Position numbers and translations under genes: made by a program. Shown here piece by piece: positions 23,095-33,900 of a stretch of DNA of 64,000 bases; position 1 is the first letter of the stretch, and every line of letters begins with the position of its first letter. The notes beneath the pieces are model-generated. The model saw only the letters and a list, made by a program, of their open reading frames with translations. It did no database searches and was not told where the DNA came from. This stretch comes from Coraliomargarita sp. (GTDB lineage Bacteria > Verrucomicrobiota > Verrucomicrobiia > Opitutales > Coraliomargaritaceae). The stretch spans positions 1,888,001 through 1,952,000 of the forward strand of contig OZ244160.1 in the NCBI GenBank assembly GCA_965216325.1, written 5' to 3'.

Positions 23095-24060
23095 ATGACT
23101 GTATTAAAAAAGAATCCTATTTTTTCTGCTTCGGTCGGGGTCTGCGTGCTGGCCTTTCTTGGGCTCGGCTACATGGCTTTTAGTGCCAGTGGCGAATTGA
23201 AGACAGCCAAGAAGCGCCTCAAGTCTGCTGAGCGTAGCTATATGGCTGCAGCTCAGGCTGAAGTCGCCCCAACTGAAGGTAATCTAGCGGCTTCGACTGC
23301 GAACCTTGAAGAACTGCGCCGTCAATTCAGCGTGGTCAGTGGTGAGCTTCGTAAAGGCACACGTATTACATCGACGGATGATGGTATTGCGGTGACTGCG
23401 GCGATTCGTGATTTTATCCGCAAGTTCCAGCGTGAGGCTGCTGCGCGCCAAGAGGGCGATGTTGAGCTTGCCGAGGTCAAGCTTCCCGAGGACTTCGCCT
23501 TTGGTTTCGAAGACTACTACCGCAATCCAGTCATTCCGGATGATCCGCAAGAGGTGGCTTTCCTGGGCAAGCAGCACCAGATCCTCAACTACACGATGAC
23601 GAAGCTAATGGCTGCGCGCCCGACGTCGATTCAATCCGTGGAACGCGAGTTCTATGCTGCGGGCGGTGGCGATGCGGTTAGTGACGGCTTTGTCATTGAT
23701 CCTGCGGTAAGTGCTGCCGTGCCGGGTGGGATCAATACCATCGCATTTCGTGTCAAGTTCACTGGTTCCACTGATTCGCTGCGCCAGTTCTTCAACAACT
23801 TAAACACATTCGATTTGCCGATCGTCGTGCGCAGTGTGGAAGTATCCCGCGCAGGTGGCGAGGGCATCAGTGTTGAGCCTAAGAAGGGTGGGCTCGAAGA
23901 TATCTTTGGCGCTTTCGGGGGGAGTGGTACGACTACTGTAAAGGAAACGGCACGCGAGCCCGTCATCATTGGCGACAATTCACAATTCACGCTCGTCCTG
24001 GAGTATTTCGAGGTCGTCCAAGCACAAGCAAACACACCGTCCGCGGAGGAGCAGTCTTAA
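23095..24060 (+). CDS. PilO-like protein, Amuc_1100-like
   Basis: N-terminal TM, coiled coil, FAFGFEDY, FRVKFTG...LRQFFN...IVVRSVEV; cluster position. Confidence 0.7.
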   Translation: MTVLKKNPIFSASVGVCVLAFLGLGYMAFSASGELKTAKKRLKSAERSYMAAAQAEVAPTEGNLAASTANLEELRRQFSVVSGELRKGTRITSTDDGIAVTAAIRDFIRKFQREAAARQEGDVELAEVKLPEDFAFGFEDYYRNPVIPDDPQEVAFLGKQHQILNYTMTKLMAARPTSIQSVEREFYAAGGGDAVSDGFVIDPAVSAAVPGGINTIAFRVKFTGSTDSLRQFFNNLNTFDLPIVVRSVEVSRAGGEGISVEPKKGGLEDIFGAFGGSGTTTVKETAREPVIIGDNSQFTLVLEYFEVVQAQANTPSAEEQS

Positions 24061-24066
24061 TTTCGT

Positions 24067-24966
24067 ATGAACAAGCATTACGATAAACTCCTACTTTTAC
24101 TTGCTGTCTGCGCACTCGGTGCAGGGGCCGTTCTCTACGTCAAGCAGTCGGGGCCTGATGCTTCGCGCGCCCGAGGTCTGGGCGAGGGGCACTACCAAGC
24201 GGTTGCAATCCCACAGATGGAGCTGGCTGATGTGAGTTGGGGCACTCCGACACCACAAGAGCCCAGCGGCTTCAAATATGATGTGTTTACGCCGTACAAG
24301 ATCTATATTGATCCGCAAACCGGTGAGTTTACGCAGGATCGACCGAAGGATCCACTCGATGGGCCAGAGTTTATCTGGGACGCAGTGTTGCTGTCCATCT
24401 CGCGTGAACCGTATCGTATTCAGCTTGAGGGATTTATTGATGAAGGGGAGGGCAGTGTGCTCTTTCTCTTCCACGACGTGGAGCTACGCAAGACAGTGCG
24501 TGCTCGTCTAGGCAAAGATTCCGCCGGTGCGGCTGCGTCGCAATTCAAAGTGGTGGATGCTCAGGTCAAACTTCTGGAAGGTGAGGACGGCAGTCGCACG
24601 CGTCTGGCAACAGCGACGATCTTGGATGAGCGCACTGGCGAGGAGAAGAGCCTCATTCACCGCGAACTCTTGTTTGAGGATGCCGTCACTGTTGTTGTCG
24701 GATCGAACCGTGATGGCAGTTTTGAGAGGGAACTCAGCGAGGTCGGAGAGAGTTTTACCACTGAGTATGGTAGTTACACCTTGAAGGAAATTAATCTTGA
24801 AGATTCAACGATTACCGTCGAGAAAGCAGCCACCGCGGATTTCGAAGCTGAATTACGTAAACTATTGATAGACGCTCCTAAAGCCGATGAAGCAACAACC
24901 ATAGAAACCGATTTCGCTGATCCGAGCACCACGCCGGACACCGTGTTCGATCTGTTCTTTCAATAA
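24067..24966 (+). CDS. Membrane-anchored pilus-cluster protein, Amuc_1099-like
   Basis: MNKHYDKLLL followed by a TM segment; lies between the PilO-like gene and the secretin. Confidence 0.6.
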   Translation: MNKHYDKLLLLLAVCALGAGAVLYVKQSGPDASRARGLGEGHYQAVAIPQMELADVSWGTPTPQEPSGFKYDVFTPYKIYIDPQTGEFTQDRPKDPLDGPEFIWDAVLLSISREPYRIQLEGFIDEGEGSVLFLFHDVELRKTVRARLGKDSAGAAASQFKVVDAQVKLLEGEDGSRTRLATATILDERTGEEKSLIHRELLFEDAVTVVVGSNRDGSFERELSEVGESFTTEYGSYTLKEINLEDSTITVEKAATADFEAELRKLLIDAPKADEATTIETDFADPSTTPDTVFDLFFQ

Positions 24967-25000
24967 CCTTTAACAAACAGCAAATACGCTAAACACGAAT

Positions 25001-27781
25001 ATGAAAAGATACCTCACAAAACGCGCCCGTCGTGCTGCCCCGTATCTGGCAGCTGTCGCGGTTACCGCAGCGATGTTCTCCCCACAGCAGATCGACGCGC
25101 AAGATGCGTCTGACAAGATTAAGCTGATGGCTGAGACACTCAGAGCACGTGACTCTGGCAACTTGACTCTTGCCAAGGAAAAGGCGGAGGAGTTGATTAA
25201 AATTGCACCGAACGACGAAAATGTTCAGCGCTTGAACGCATCGATCAATCGTGAGATTGAGCGCCAGCAAGCTGAGGGGGGTGCGGTGTATGGTCAAGCT
25301 GCCGACGCGACGGTTGAAACTGCCATGGAAGGTAGTTCCGCGCCGACAACTGCTGCTCCGGTCGCAGCTGCGGACTCTCTTGCAGATCAAGTCGCAGCGG
25401 AACAAGCGGAAAAGGTTGCTGCTGCAGAGCAAGCCATCGTCGAAGCGAATCAGTTGGCTGACTTGGGCGCATACGATGACGCGGCTGCTTTGCTGACACA
25501 AGCTGCAGCCAGTCTCCAACTGAACACGGCAACAGCGGACACGCTCGCGGACATTCAAGAAGCCAAGGCTGATGTGTTGCTGATCGAAGCCAAAGCGCTT
25601 GCTGAGTCCGGCGACCAGAAGGGTGCAGAAGAAGTTCTCAAGGAATATGTAGCTGCGGGTGGTAGTGCAAGCAAGGCACGTAGCTTGGGTGACAAGCTCG
25701 ACGGTATCATCCGCAACCCATACGATATCGACATTGCAGAGGTGAGCCCGGAATTCGTTGCAGAAGCGGACACCATTCGTGATCTGCTCACTCGTGGGCG
25801 TGCGCAATTCCTGAATGGTGACTACGATGGCGCTGCCGCGACGTTCAAGCAAGTGGAGGCGCGTGATGCAAACAATGCCGAAGCGAAGCTCTTTTCTACC
25901 AAAATCGCTGAAATCCTCGCCGAGATTCACGACCAGACCATGTATAAGACACGTGAGCAAATGCTTTCTGACGTCGGAAAGCAATGGGAGCGTCCAAAGG
26001 TTTACGATATTGCTGGCACAGAAGTGACAGGTCCGACGAAGACGCCTCTCACTGATAAGCTCGATGAGATCATCATTCCTCAGGTGAACTTCTCCGGTAT
26101 GGAGCTCACTCGCGTAGTTGAGACACTCTCCGAACTGTCCGTTGAATACGATAGGGCGGGCGAAGGTGTGAACATCGTGCCGCTCTTTGACGCGAACGAT
26201 CGTAATCCACGCGTGAACATCAGCCTGCGTAAGCTTAGCCTGGCTCAGATCCTCAACTTTGTGACTCAGCAAGTGAGCTTCAACTACGATGTCGGCGAAA
26301 CTGCAGTGACTGTTAGCTGGAGTGGTGAAACCAATGCAACCGGCACGCTGACCACCGACTTCTTCCCAATTACACGTGCGACCATCATTCGCCTGATCGG
26401 CACCGACGATGCCGGTGGCGGCGGCTTTGGCGCGGACCCATTCGGTGGCGGTTCTGACCCATTTGCACCAGCTCCGGTTAGCACCGGTGGCGGTGGCGGC
26501 GATGACAAGGCTGAAAAGCTGAAGGCATTCTTCCAAAGCGCAGGTGTGAACTTCGAAATCGGCGGTGCAAGCCTCGCGTTCGATGGCGAGCAGCTGATCG
26601 TGACCCAAACACGTCGTAACCTCGAGCGCCTCCAGGCGATCCTTCGTCGCTACAACGAAGTGAAGCAGGTGGAAATCGAGACCAAGTTCCTGGAAGTCGC
26701 ACAAAACGATCTCGAAGAGCTCGGCTTTGACTGGACTGTTCAAGACGGCAAGATGCCAATCTTCGACGAGAATGGTGCTCCGGTTCTCGACGATTTCGGT
26801 CGTCCGACCTACACCTACGACCGCACCTTCGAAACACAGGGGCGTAATCTGAATAGCACCTTCGGCACAGGTCTCGATGCCAGCGCGATTGTGGTTAATG
26901 GTAATATCGAAGCGATTAACCGAGCGCCGCAAATCACAGATACCATCGACCTCGCAGCAGATGCCGCAAATCTCTTCACTGCGACCGGTTGGTCAATTAA
27001 TGGCTACGAAGTCGATCTTGCGATCAATGCCTTGTCACGTAAGACGGGTAGCGACTTGATGAGTGCACCAAAGGTGACCGTACTTTCCGGTAAGCGTGCA
27101 AGCATCACGGTTGCTCAAGAACTCCGCTATCCGGAGAGCTATGGTGACATCGAATCGACCGCCGGTGGTGGTGGTGGTACCACCAGTGGTACCACCAGTG
27201 GCGGCGGAGCCTCGATTTCGATCACTGCGGGCACACCGGAAGACTTCGTTACCCGTAACGTAGGTGTGGAACTCACCGTCACGCCAAATGTCGAGAACGA
27301 CGACACCATCAGTCTCCTACTTGAGCCACGTGTGACTGAATTCGAAGGCTTCGTTGAATACGGTGGCCCGAGTGTGGCGATCGTTGGCGGCGGCGCTCTG
27401 TCCGGCGGCACCACGGTAACGGTTCCTGCCGGCTTCTACCAGCCGATCTTCTCCACTCGTGAACTGACTACTGAAGTCACGGTCTTCGACGGTGCAACCG
27501 TCGTCATGGGTGGCCTGACTCGCGACGAAGTGAAATACTACGAAGACAAGGTTCCAGTCGTCGGTGACATTCCTGGTATTGGTAAGCTTTTCCGCTCAGA
27601 GGGTGAGACACGCCAAAAGCGCAATCTCCTGATCTTCGTGACTGCGAACTTGGTCAGCCCGGGTGGCTCGCCAGCTCGTCAGAACTTCCGCCACGCAAAG
27701 GCGAACGCATTGTTCCAGAATCCAACGATCATGACCCCTTCCGGTTCGGTGAACCGGACGATCGAGGAAGACAGCAATTAA
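25001..27781 (+). CDS. Outer-membrane secretin (PilQ/GspD family, Amuc_1098-like) with helical TPR-like N-terminus
   Basis: QVEIETKFLEV, LMSAPKVTVLSG, NVGVELTVTP, VVMGGL, KVPVVGDIPGIGKLFRS and LLIFVTA secretin motifs. Confidence 0.92.
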   Translation: MKRYLTKRARRAAPYLAAVAVTAAMFSPQQIDAQDASDKIKLMAETLRARDSGNLTLAKEKAEELIKIAPNDENVQRLNASINREIERQQAEGGAVYGQAADATVETAMEGSSAPTTAAPVAAADSLADQVAAEQAEKVAAAEQAIVEANQLADLGAYDDAAALLTQAAASLQLNTATADTLADIQEAKADVLLIEAKALAESGDQKGAEEVLKEYVAAGGSASKARSLGDKLDGIIRNPYDIDIAEVSPEFVAEADTIRDLLTRGRAQFLNGDYDGAAATFKQVEARDANNAEAKLFSTKIAEILAEIHDQTMYKTREQMLSDVGKQWERPKVYDIAGTEVTGPTKTPLTDKLDEIIIPQVNFSGMELTRVVETLSELSVEYDRAGEGVNIVPLFDANDRNPRVNISLRKLSLAQILNFVTQQVSFNYDVGETAVTVSWSGETNATGTLTTDFFPITRATIIRLIGTDDAGGGGFGADPFGGGSDPFAPAPVSTGGGGGDDKAEKLKAFFQSAGVNFEIGGASLAFDGEQLIVTQTRRNLERLQAILRRYNEVKQVEIETKFLEVAQNDLEELGFDWTVQDGKMPIFDENGAPVLDDFGRPTYTYDRTFETQGRNLNSTFGTGLDASAIVVNGNIEAINRAPQITDTIDLAADAANLFTATGWSINGYEVDLAINALSRKTGSDLMSAPKVTVLSGKRASITVAQELRYPESYGDIESTAGGGGGTTSGTTSGGGASISITAGTPEDFVTRNVGVELTVTPNVENDDTISLLLEPRVTEFEGFVEYGGPSVAIVGGGALSGGTTVTVPAGFYQPIFSTRELTTEVTVFDGATVVMGGLTRDEVKYYEDKVPVVGDIPGIGKLFRSEGETRQKRNLLIFVTANLVSPGGSPARQNFRHAKANALFQNPTIMTPSGSVNRTIEEDSN

Positions 27782-27818
27782 GCGAAACTAATTACTTATG
27801 TTAACGATCTTCATTACG

Positions 27819-27847
27819 GGAAGCCGACCTTCTGGTCGGCTTCCTTT
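27819..27847 (+). terminator. Intrinsic terminator after the secretin cluster
   Basis: GGAAGCCGACC-TTCT-GGTCGGCTTCC followed by TTT. Confidence 0.75.
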
Positions 27848-27951
27848 ATGCGAGCCTATAAATCTCCATTAGTCATTTATCTAACGTTTCGACTCCGCAA
27901 ATAACGGTCTTCAACGCAAATCCGGATAAATGACTTGAACTGCCTCAGATC

Positions 27952-30900
27952 ATGTCAGTTAAAAAGTCCTCCAAACAAACTCTTCTACTCGGCGCACTCG
28001 CAGCGCTGATAGCAGGAGCCTACTTTTTTACAACGGATCGTTCTGCGCCTGTCGCGCCGGACGAAGCTCAGCAGCTTGCCAGTGAGCAGCCCGCAGCACC
28101 CGCAGAGTCGGTAGTCGACAATGCAACAGAGGAAGCGGCTCACCCGGACGATTGCGCACATTGCCAGGCTGCAGCCCCGGCAGTGACGCCGACTATGTTG
28201 AAGAGCTTGGATGCGGTATTTGCCGATCTTGCAGCATCGAAAGACCGCATCATCCCGAAGAGCACCTTCGACTTCTTCCACGGGGCACGCTATGGTCAGC
28301 CCGCGAGCGTTGAGCTCGCCGGTCGCACTTATACAGGTCAAGTCACCGTGGCTCGCGAAGACCACGAGTTGGCACGCACCTACGGCATGGCACTCGACGA
28401 TGATCTGGGTGCGATGATCGTATCCACTGACGGCGCTGGTTTCATGCGCGGTCACGTCCTGTTCAAGGGCGATTCTCGTGCAATCTCCTTCAAGGAGGTT
28501 CCACAGGGCAAGGATGTCCATGAGCCGAGCGTGGTGCTGGCTCAGCAATCAATCAGTGACATCTTCTGTGCGCCGCTCGACGCGATCTATGTTGGTCCTG
28601 GTGTGAAATCGCCGAGCGGAGCGGGAAGGATTTCTGAGGCCGCACTCGTAGCTGCAGCAGAGGAAGCAGAGGGGGATGGAGAGATTCCAATCGCTGCCGA
28701 TTTGATTATCCCGGTTCTGAATAGTATTACTGATCCAGCGGACTATCAGCACGTGATGTTTCTGGACTTTGGTGGTGGAGAGGTCCGAAACACACCGTGG
28801 AATGTCACCCAAACTATTGAAACAGACGAGGAGTATCTAGGGCTAAACCTTGATCTGATTAATGTAAACGATCTCAACGAAGTTTTATATCCGCCGATTA
28901 AGTATGCGCCGAAAAGCCGTGCGGATGAGCCGCAGTGGGTCCAGCAAATCTGGCGTCGTGTGGTCGAAGACTACGCTCCGTTCCAAATTAACGTTACCAC
29001 GGATAAGGCGGTCTATGAAGCTGCTGATGTAGATAAGCGCCTGCATGTCGTGATTACCTCCACTGGCGATGTTTTCCCCAGTGGAGTTGCTCACCTTTAC
29101 TCGTATCGTGAAAATTCACCGGTTGTCTGGGTTGTGCAGAATTACTTCGGTATCGACATTGTGGATGAAGCCTTGATTGCGAGCACGATTTCTCACGAGG
29201 CAGGTCACGCCTTTGGCCTTAGGCATGATTACGAAACGTTTTACGCGGAGGGTAGTGGGGAGGACTACTACTTGGGTCATAACGGCTCCTATACGCCTGG
29301 CTGGGCACCAATCATGGGGGCCTTTGATGGCGATGACGTTGCCGATGAAGTCGAACAATGGAGTATTGGCGAATTCCCAAATTCCGCAAATTCCGAGGAT
29401 GACGTTGCGATCCTTGGCGACACGACCGATCCACAGCTTGAAGCTGATGAAGCTGCATATATTGAGTATTTAGGCACCACGGATAGTGGCCAGAATTTCT
29501 ACGATCTCTACTACCAAACGGGCATTGAAGTTAGCAACGGCTTCGGCTTCGTGCAGGACGACCATGAGGAAGCTCTCGATTCTGGGCGCGCGATTATCGG
29601 TCTGGAGACTGAAGATCCTCTTGTGGTTACGACTACTACAAGTGGTGTGATTTCGAGCCGTGATGATAAGGATGTGTTCCGAGTGCTACCGTCTGACTCT
29701 GGCCTCATGCGCATCATTATTTCTCCACTGGATGTGGATTCACCTTATTTCGAAGGTGCATCCTTTACCTCTGGTGCGAATCTTGCGGTGGATGCGCAGC
29801 TGTTGGATAGCGAAGGTGCAGTCATTTTCGACGGACGCGACTTTGGCGGCAATGAGTTGTCCTCAGTGATCGAAGGCTCCGTCGATGCGGCGGAAGAGTA
29901 TTATCTGGTGATCGATGGCGGTGGCCGTGGCGATAACCCGCAGACTGGTTTCAGTGATTACGGCAGTTTGGGTGAATACAATATCCGTGCGGAGTTCGAT
30001 GTCGACCCACTGGCGGTCTATGGTAGCTCCGGTAAGATCCCGACCACTCTTGTCCCGAATGGCAGCACGACCGTGGATGAGGTAAACGGCACTGCTTTTG
30101 GCACCACGCCACTCGCAGTTGATGTGGCACACCCATTCCTTCTGGATAATCTCGCAACCATTGAGGATATCGAAATTTTATCCTTCACCTTCGAGTCCGG
30201 TCAACACTTCCGTGTGAGCCCAGCGAATCCAACTGGCATTATCAGTCCAACCTCCAGCGGGAAGTTGGTCGATATCGTGTATGACCCGGCCAGCACCGGG
30301 CTGCATGAGGATACTGCGATCATCACTTATGACTCGCTTGGCGAAACGCTCGAATACCGCTTTATGGTAAATGGTGCGGCGACGCAGTCCGCCACCCGCG
30401 ACAACTACGAGTCGAACGATAACTACACGACTGCCTATGCGGACGTGCCGGAAGACACATGGCTGTCCGACTATCAGGGCCTTGCGTTCTTTGCGTATGG
30501 TCAGCCCAGTGATACGCTGGATTGGTATAAATTTACGGTCGGCACGAATGATGATTTGCTGACGGTCGCAACGAGTTATGATCCAGCTCAAGGAAGCATT
30601 GAGTTCGAATTGTATGATTCGAACCCTTCAACGGGTGCCCCTCTGACCAATGATCCCATTGGCATCACCACTGCTTCAAATGGTATTCTTCAGTTCTCCA
30701 TCCCGTCGACCTACACAGGCAAGCAGCGGACATTCTACTTGCTTGCAAAGACACTCGATCCCGGTAACCCAAAGCAAGAATACGATTTGATCTGGGCAGC
30801 AACCGAGTTCGTTAGCGGTGACGATGATAACTATGAATCCAATCCCCTCACGGGTGATGAAAATGATATTCGAGCCAATGCGACACAGATCACCAGTGAA

Positions 30901-33900
30901 TCGCCTCCTCGCTTCTCAGATACAGACAGAGGCTTGGGCCTCCTAAAGGACGAAGACTGGTATTATTTCAAAATTGAAGAAAACGATACTCTACCGCTCT
31001 ACCGCATGCTCTATGTGGCTGCGGAGTTTGATCATACCCAAGGCAACATCGACATTCAGGTCTTCTACTCGCCAACTGAAAATGGACCGCTTGATGAGAA
31101 TGTGAACTTCTTCTTGGATTGGCGTTCAGCGACAACCAAGGACAAAGAGGTGGTCACGGCCTACTTCCCGATCAATATCGAGCAAACGGACCCTGAGGCG
31201 ATTGATTACCCTGGAGAAAATTACGTCGATAACATTCTTCCGGATGGCAATAACAACATCATCGGCTTGAGAGCGGGTTACTACTATATTCACGTAACCG
31301 GTGATTATGCAGAGAATGAATATGATCTAATTGTAGAGCCATTGCAGGATGACGCTTACGAGCTGGTTGCGCCGGGTGTGGAGAATGACGTGCGTTCAAC
31401 AGCCTATTCGCTAGAGGAATCGATTCTCAATACCTGGCTTTCGGAGATCGATGGTCTCGGCACCAGCGCGAACTATGTGGAAACACAGACTGAGGGGGTC
31501 ATCAGTGCGACACCCGATAGTGACTGGTATTCTTTCACGATCGATGCATCGGAAGTGGTCGAACAGATCAGTGTGCAGTATTACTACATTAATGGTGTGA
31601 TTGATATCGCCCTGTTGGATAGCGCAGGTAATGTGATCGCTACCAACTTGGAATCCGGTGAATTCGGTGTGATCACTGCTGCTGCACCTACAGGAAACAC
31701 TTTCTACGTTCATGTGATAGCTGAGGATCTTGTTGAACCACTTGGCGGCTACGACTTCATGGTGACCTATTCGGCGGAGCCGCTCTTCATTCCGGATCCG
31801 ATTGAAGATAACTACGAAGAGAACGACAACTTCCTGGAGCCGTATAACATTTCCAGCAACGAGGGGCGCTACCTCTCTTCCTTGGCTGGCTACGGCTTCC
31901 AGCTCGACCCGGATTGGTATGCAGTGAATATTCCAAGCAATGCCTCTAAGGTGGAAGCGACGCTCTTCCACGTGGCTGCGGACGGCGATATGGACCTCTT
32001 CTTCAGCCGTGATGAGGGGGCGACATTGTTTAGATCTGAAGGCGGTGGCAACACCGAGTCCATCGTCTGGGACGATCCAGAGGCGGGCGACTACACGCTG
32101 ACTGTTATCGGTGAAAACCGTGGTAACTTCTACAATCTCCTTTGGGACATCACCTACTTCGAGGATAACTACGAAGAGAATGATACCCAAGCAGAAGCAT
32201 TCGACCTAACAGGCTTTGAGCGTCGCTTGCTCAGCAAGCTGGATGGCTTGGGGATTCAGCGAGACGACGACTGGTATCGCATTCGTGCAAACGCCGACAC
32301 GGCCGAGCTGCGCGTCATTGCGACCTTCAATCATAGCGCGGGTGATATTGACCTGTCGCTGTATGATTCGAATGGCGAGCTGGTGGACTTCTCCATCACT
32401 ACCAACAACAACGAAGAGATCCGATTCCAGAATCCGAATGCGGACGACTACTTTGTGCGTGTCCATTTCGGCAATGGCGGTAATGAGTATGACTTGATCT
32501 GGGCTGCGTTGGAGCCTTCTGCGGTCTCGCAAACAGAAGTGCCGGACGATGCCTACGAAGAGAACGATACGCGCGAGCAGCCTTATCCAATACTGGCGGA
32601 CCAGCCGCGTCTGAGTCGCGACCAGGTAGATCAGGACGGTAATCTGACAGGTCTGGCGGTGCTTAAGGATGCCGACTGGTATGAAATTATCATTCCAGAG
32701 GACAACACCGGCCTGCGCGTGGAGTGCACCTTCGATGACTCACTGGGTGATATCGACTTTGAGGTCTATGATCCGCTTGGCTTCCCGCTCTTTGTGCGTG
32801 ATAGCACGACCGACAACGAACTCTTGGATGTTCGCACTCCGATTCCGGCAGGCACCTACACGATCCGTGTCTATGGCCCGGCTCTTGGAAACCAATACGA
32901 CCTCTACTGGAGAGCTTACCTTGAGGATGCCTACGAAGAGAATGACAATGTAAACGAAGCATACGACATCAACACACTGCTTGGATCACCGCTATCCGAC
33001 AATGCAGTGCCGACTCTGGGTGATGAAGACTGGTTCAAGTTCAACGTCGATGGCGTGCAGCAATACGTGAAAGTCACGCTCGATTATCAGGATCTGGATG
33101 GCGCGATCAACTTCCACATCCTCGACTCGAACCGTAATATCATTGCGACAGCCGACTCTACTGAGGATCAGGACGTAGCCTTCCTGCAGGTTGCAAATGG
33201 CACGCACTACATTCAGGTGTATGGTGACTATGCTTACAACCCATACGATCTGACAGTTGAGGTCGTGGGTGATGACCAGTTTGAAGATAACGACGTTCGG
33301 GAAGATGCTGCGGATATTACTGATTTAGAGAATCAGAATATCTTCGCCGCTCAGTTCGACGACGACTGGTATAAATTCAGTGTTACTGAGTCGAATACCT
33401 TCCTGAATATCATCTGTAACTTCACACACGCGAACGGTAATATCGACTTGGCCGTTTATCGCATCGCTCAGGACAACAGTCTGGAACTACTTGGCAGTTC
33501 GACTACCGAACTGGACGGTGAAACCGTGAGCATCGAAGGCGACATCGGTGATTACCTGATTCACGTTACCGGCGATGACATCAATCCGAGATACGTGCTC
33601 AGATGGGGTGTCGATCTCGACGACCAATACGAGCCGAATGATGTTCCGGAGGAATCCGCTGATGTCACGCAGCTCGAGGGTGTTCAAATTGATGCGGTCC
33701 ATTTCGATGACGACTGGTTCGAGGTTGTGGTATCGCCAGGCTTCGTGAAGTTGACCGTGGATATTCTGTTCGAGCACGACGAGGGCAATCTGAACCTCTC
33801 GCTTTACAGTAAGGACGGCGAAGGCAACTTTGAACTCCTCTCTACCGTAGATAGCGAGACCAATAACGAAACACTCGTGTATCCGGTCGATCCGTTTGCG

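Noticed and set aside
24989..26932. 647-aa minus-strand ORF
   Set aside because: Antisense shadow of the secretin with no recognisable motifs; explained by codon bias.
27175..27200. 12-bp tandem repeat GGTACCACCAGT in the secretin
   Set aside because: Two in-frame copies in a Gly/Thr linker; no sign of phase variation.
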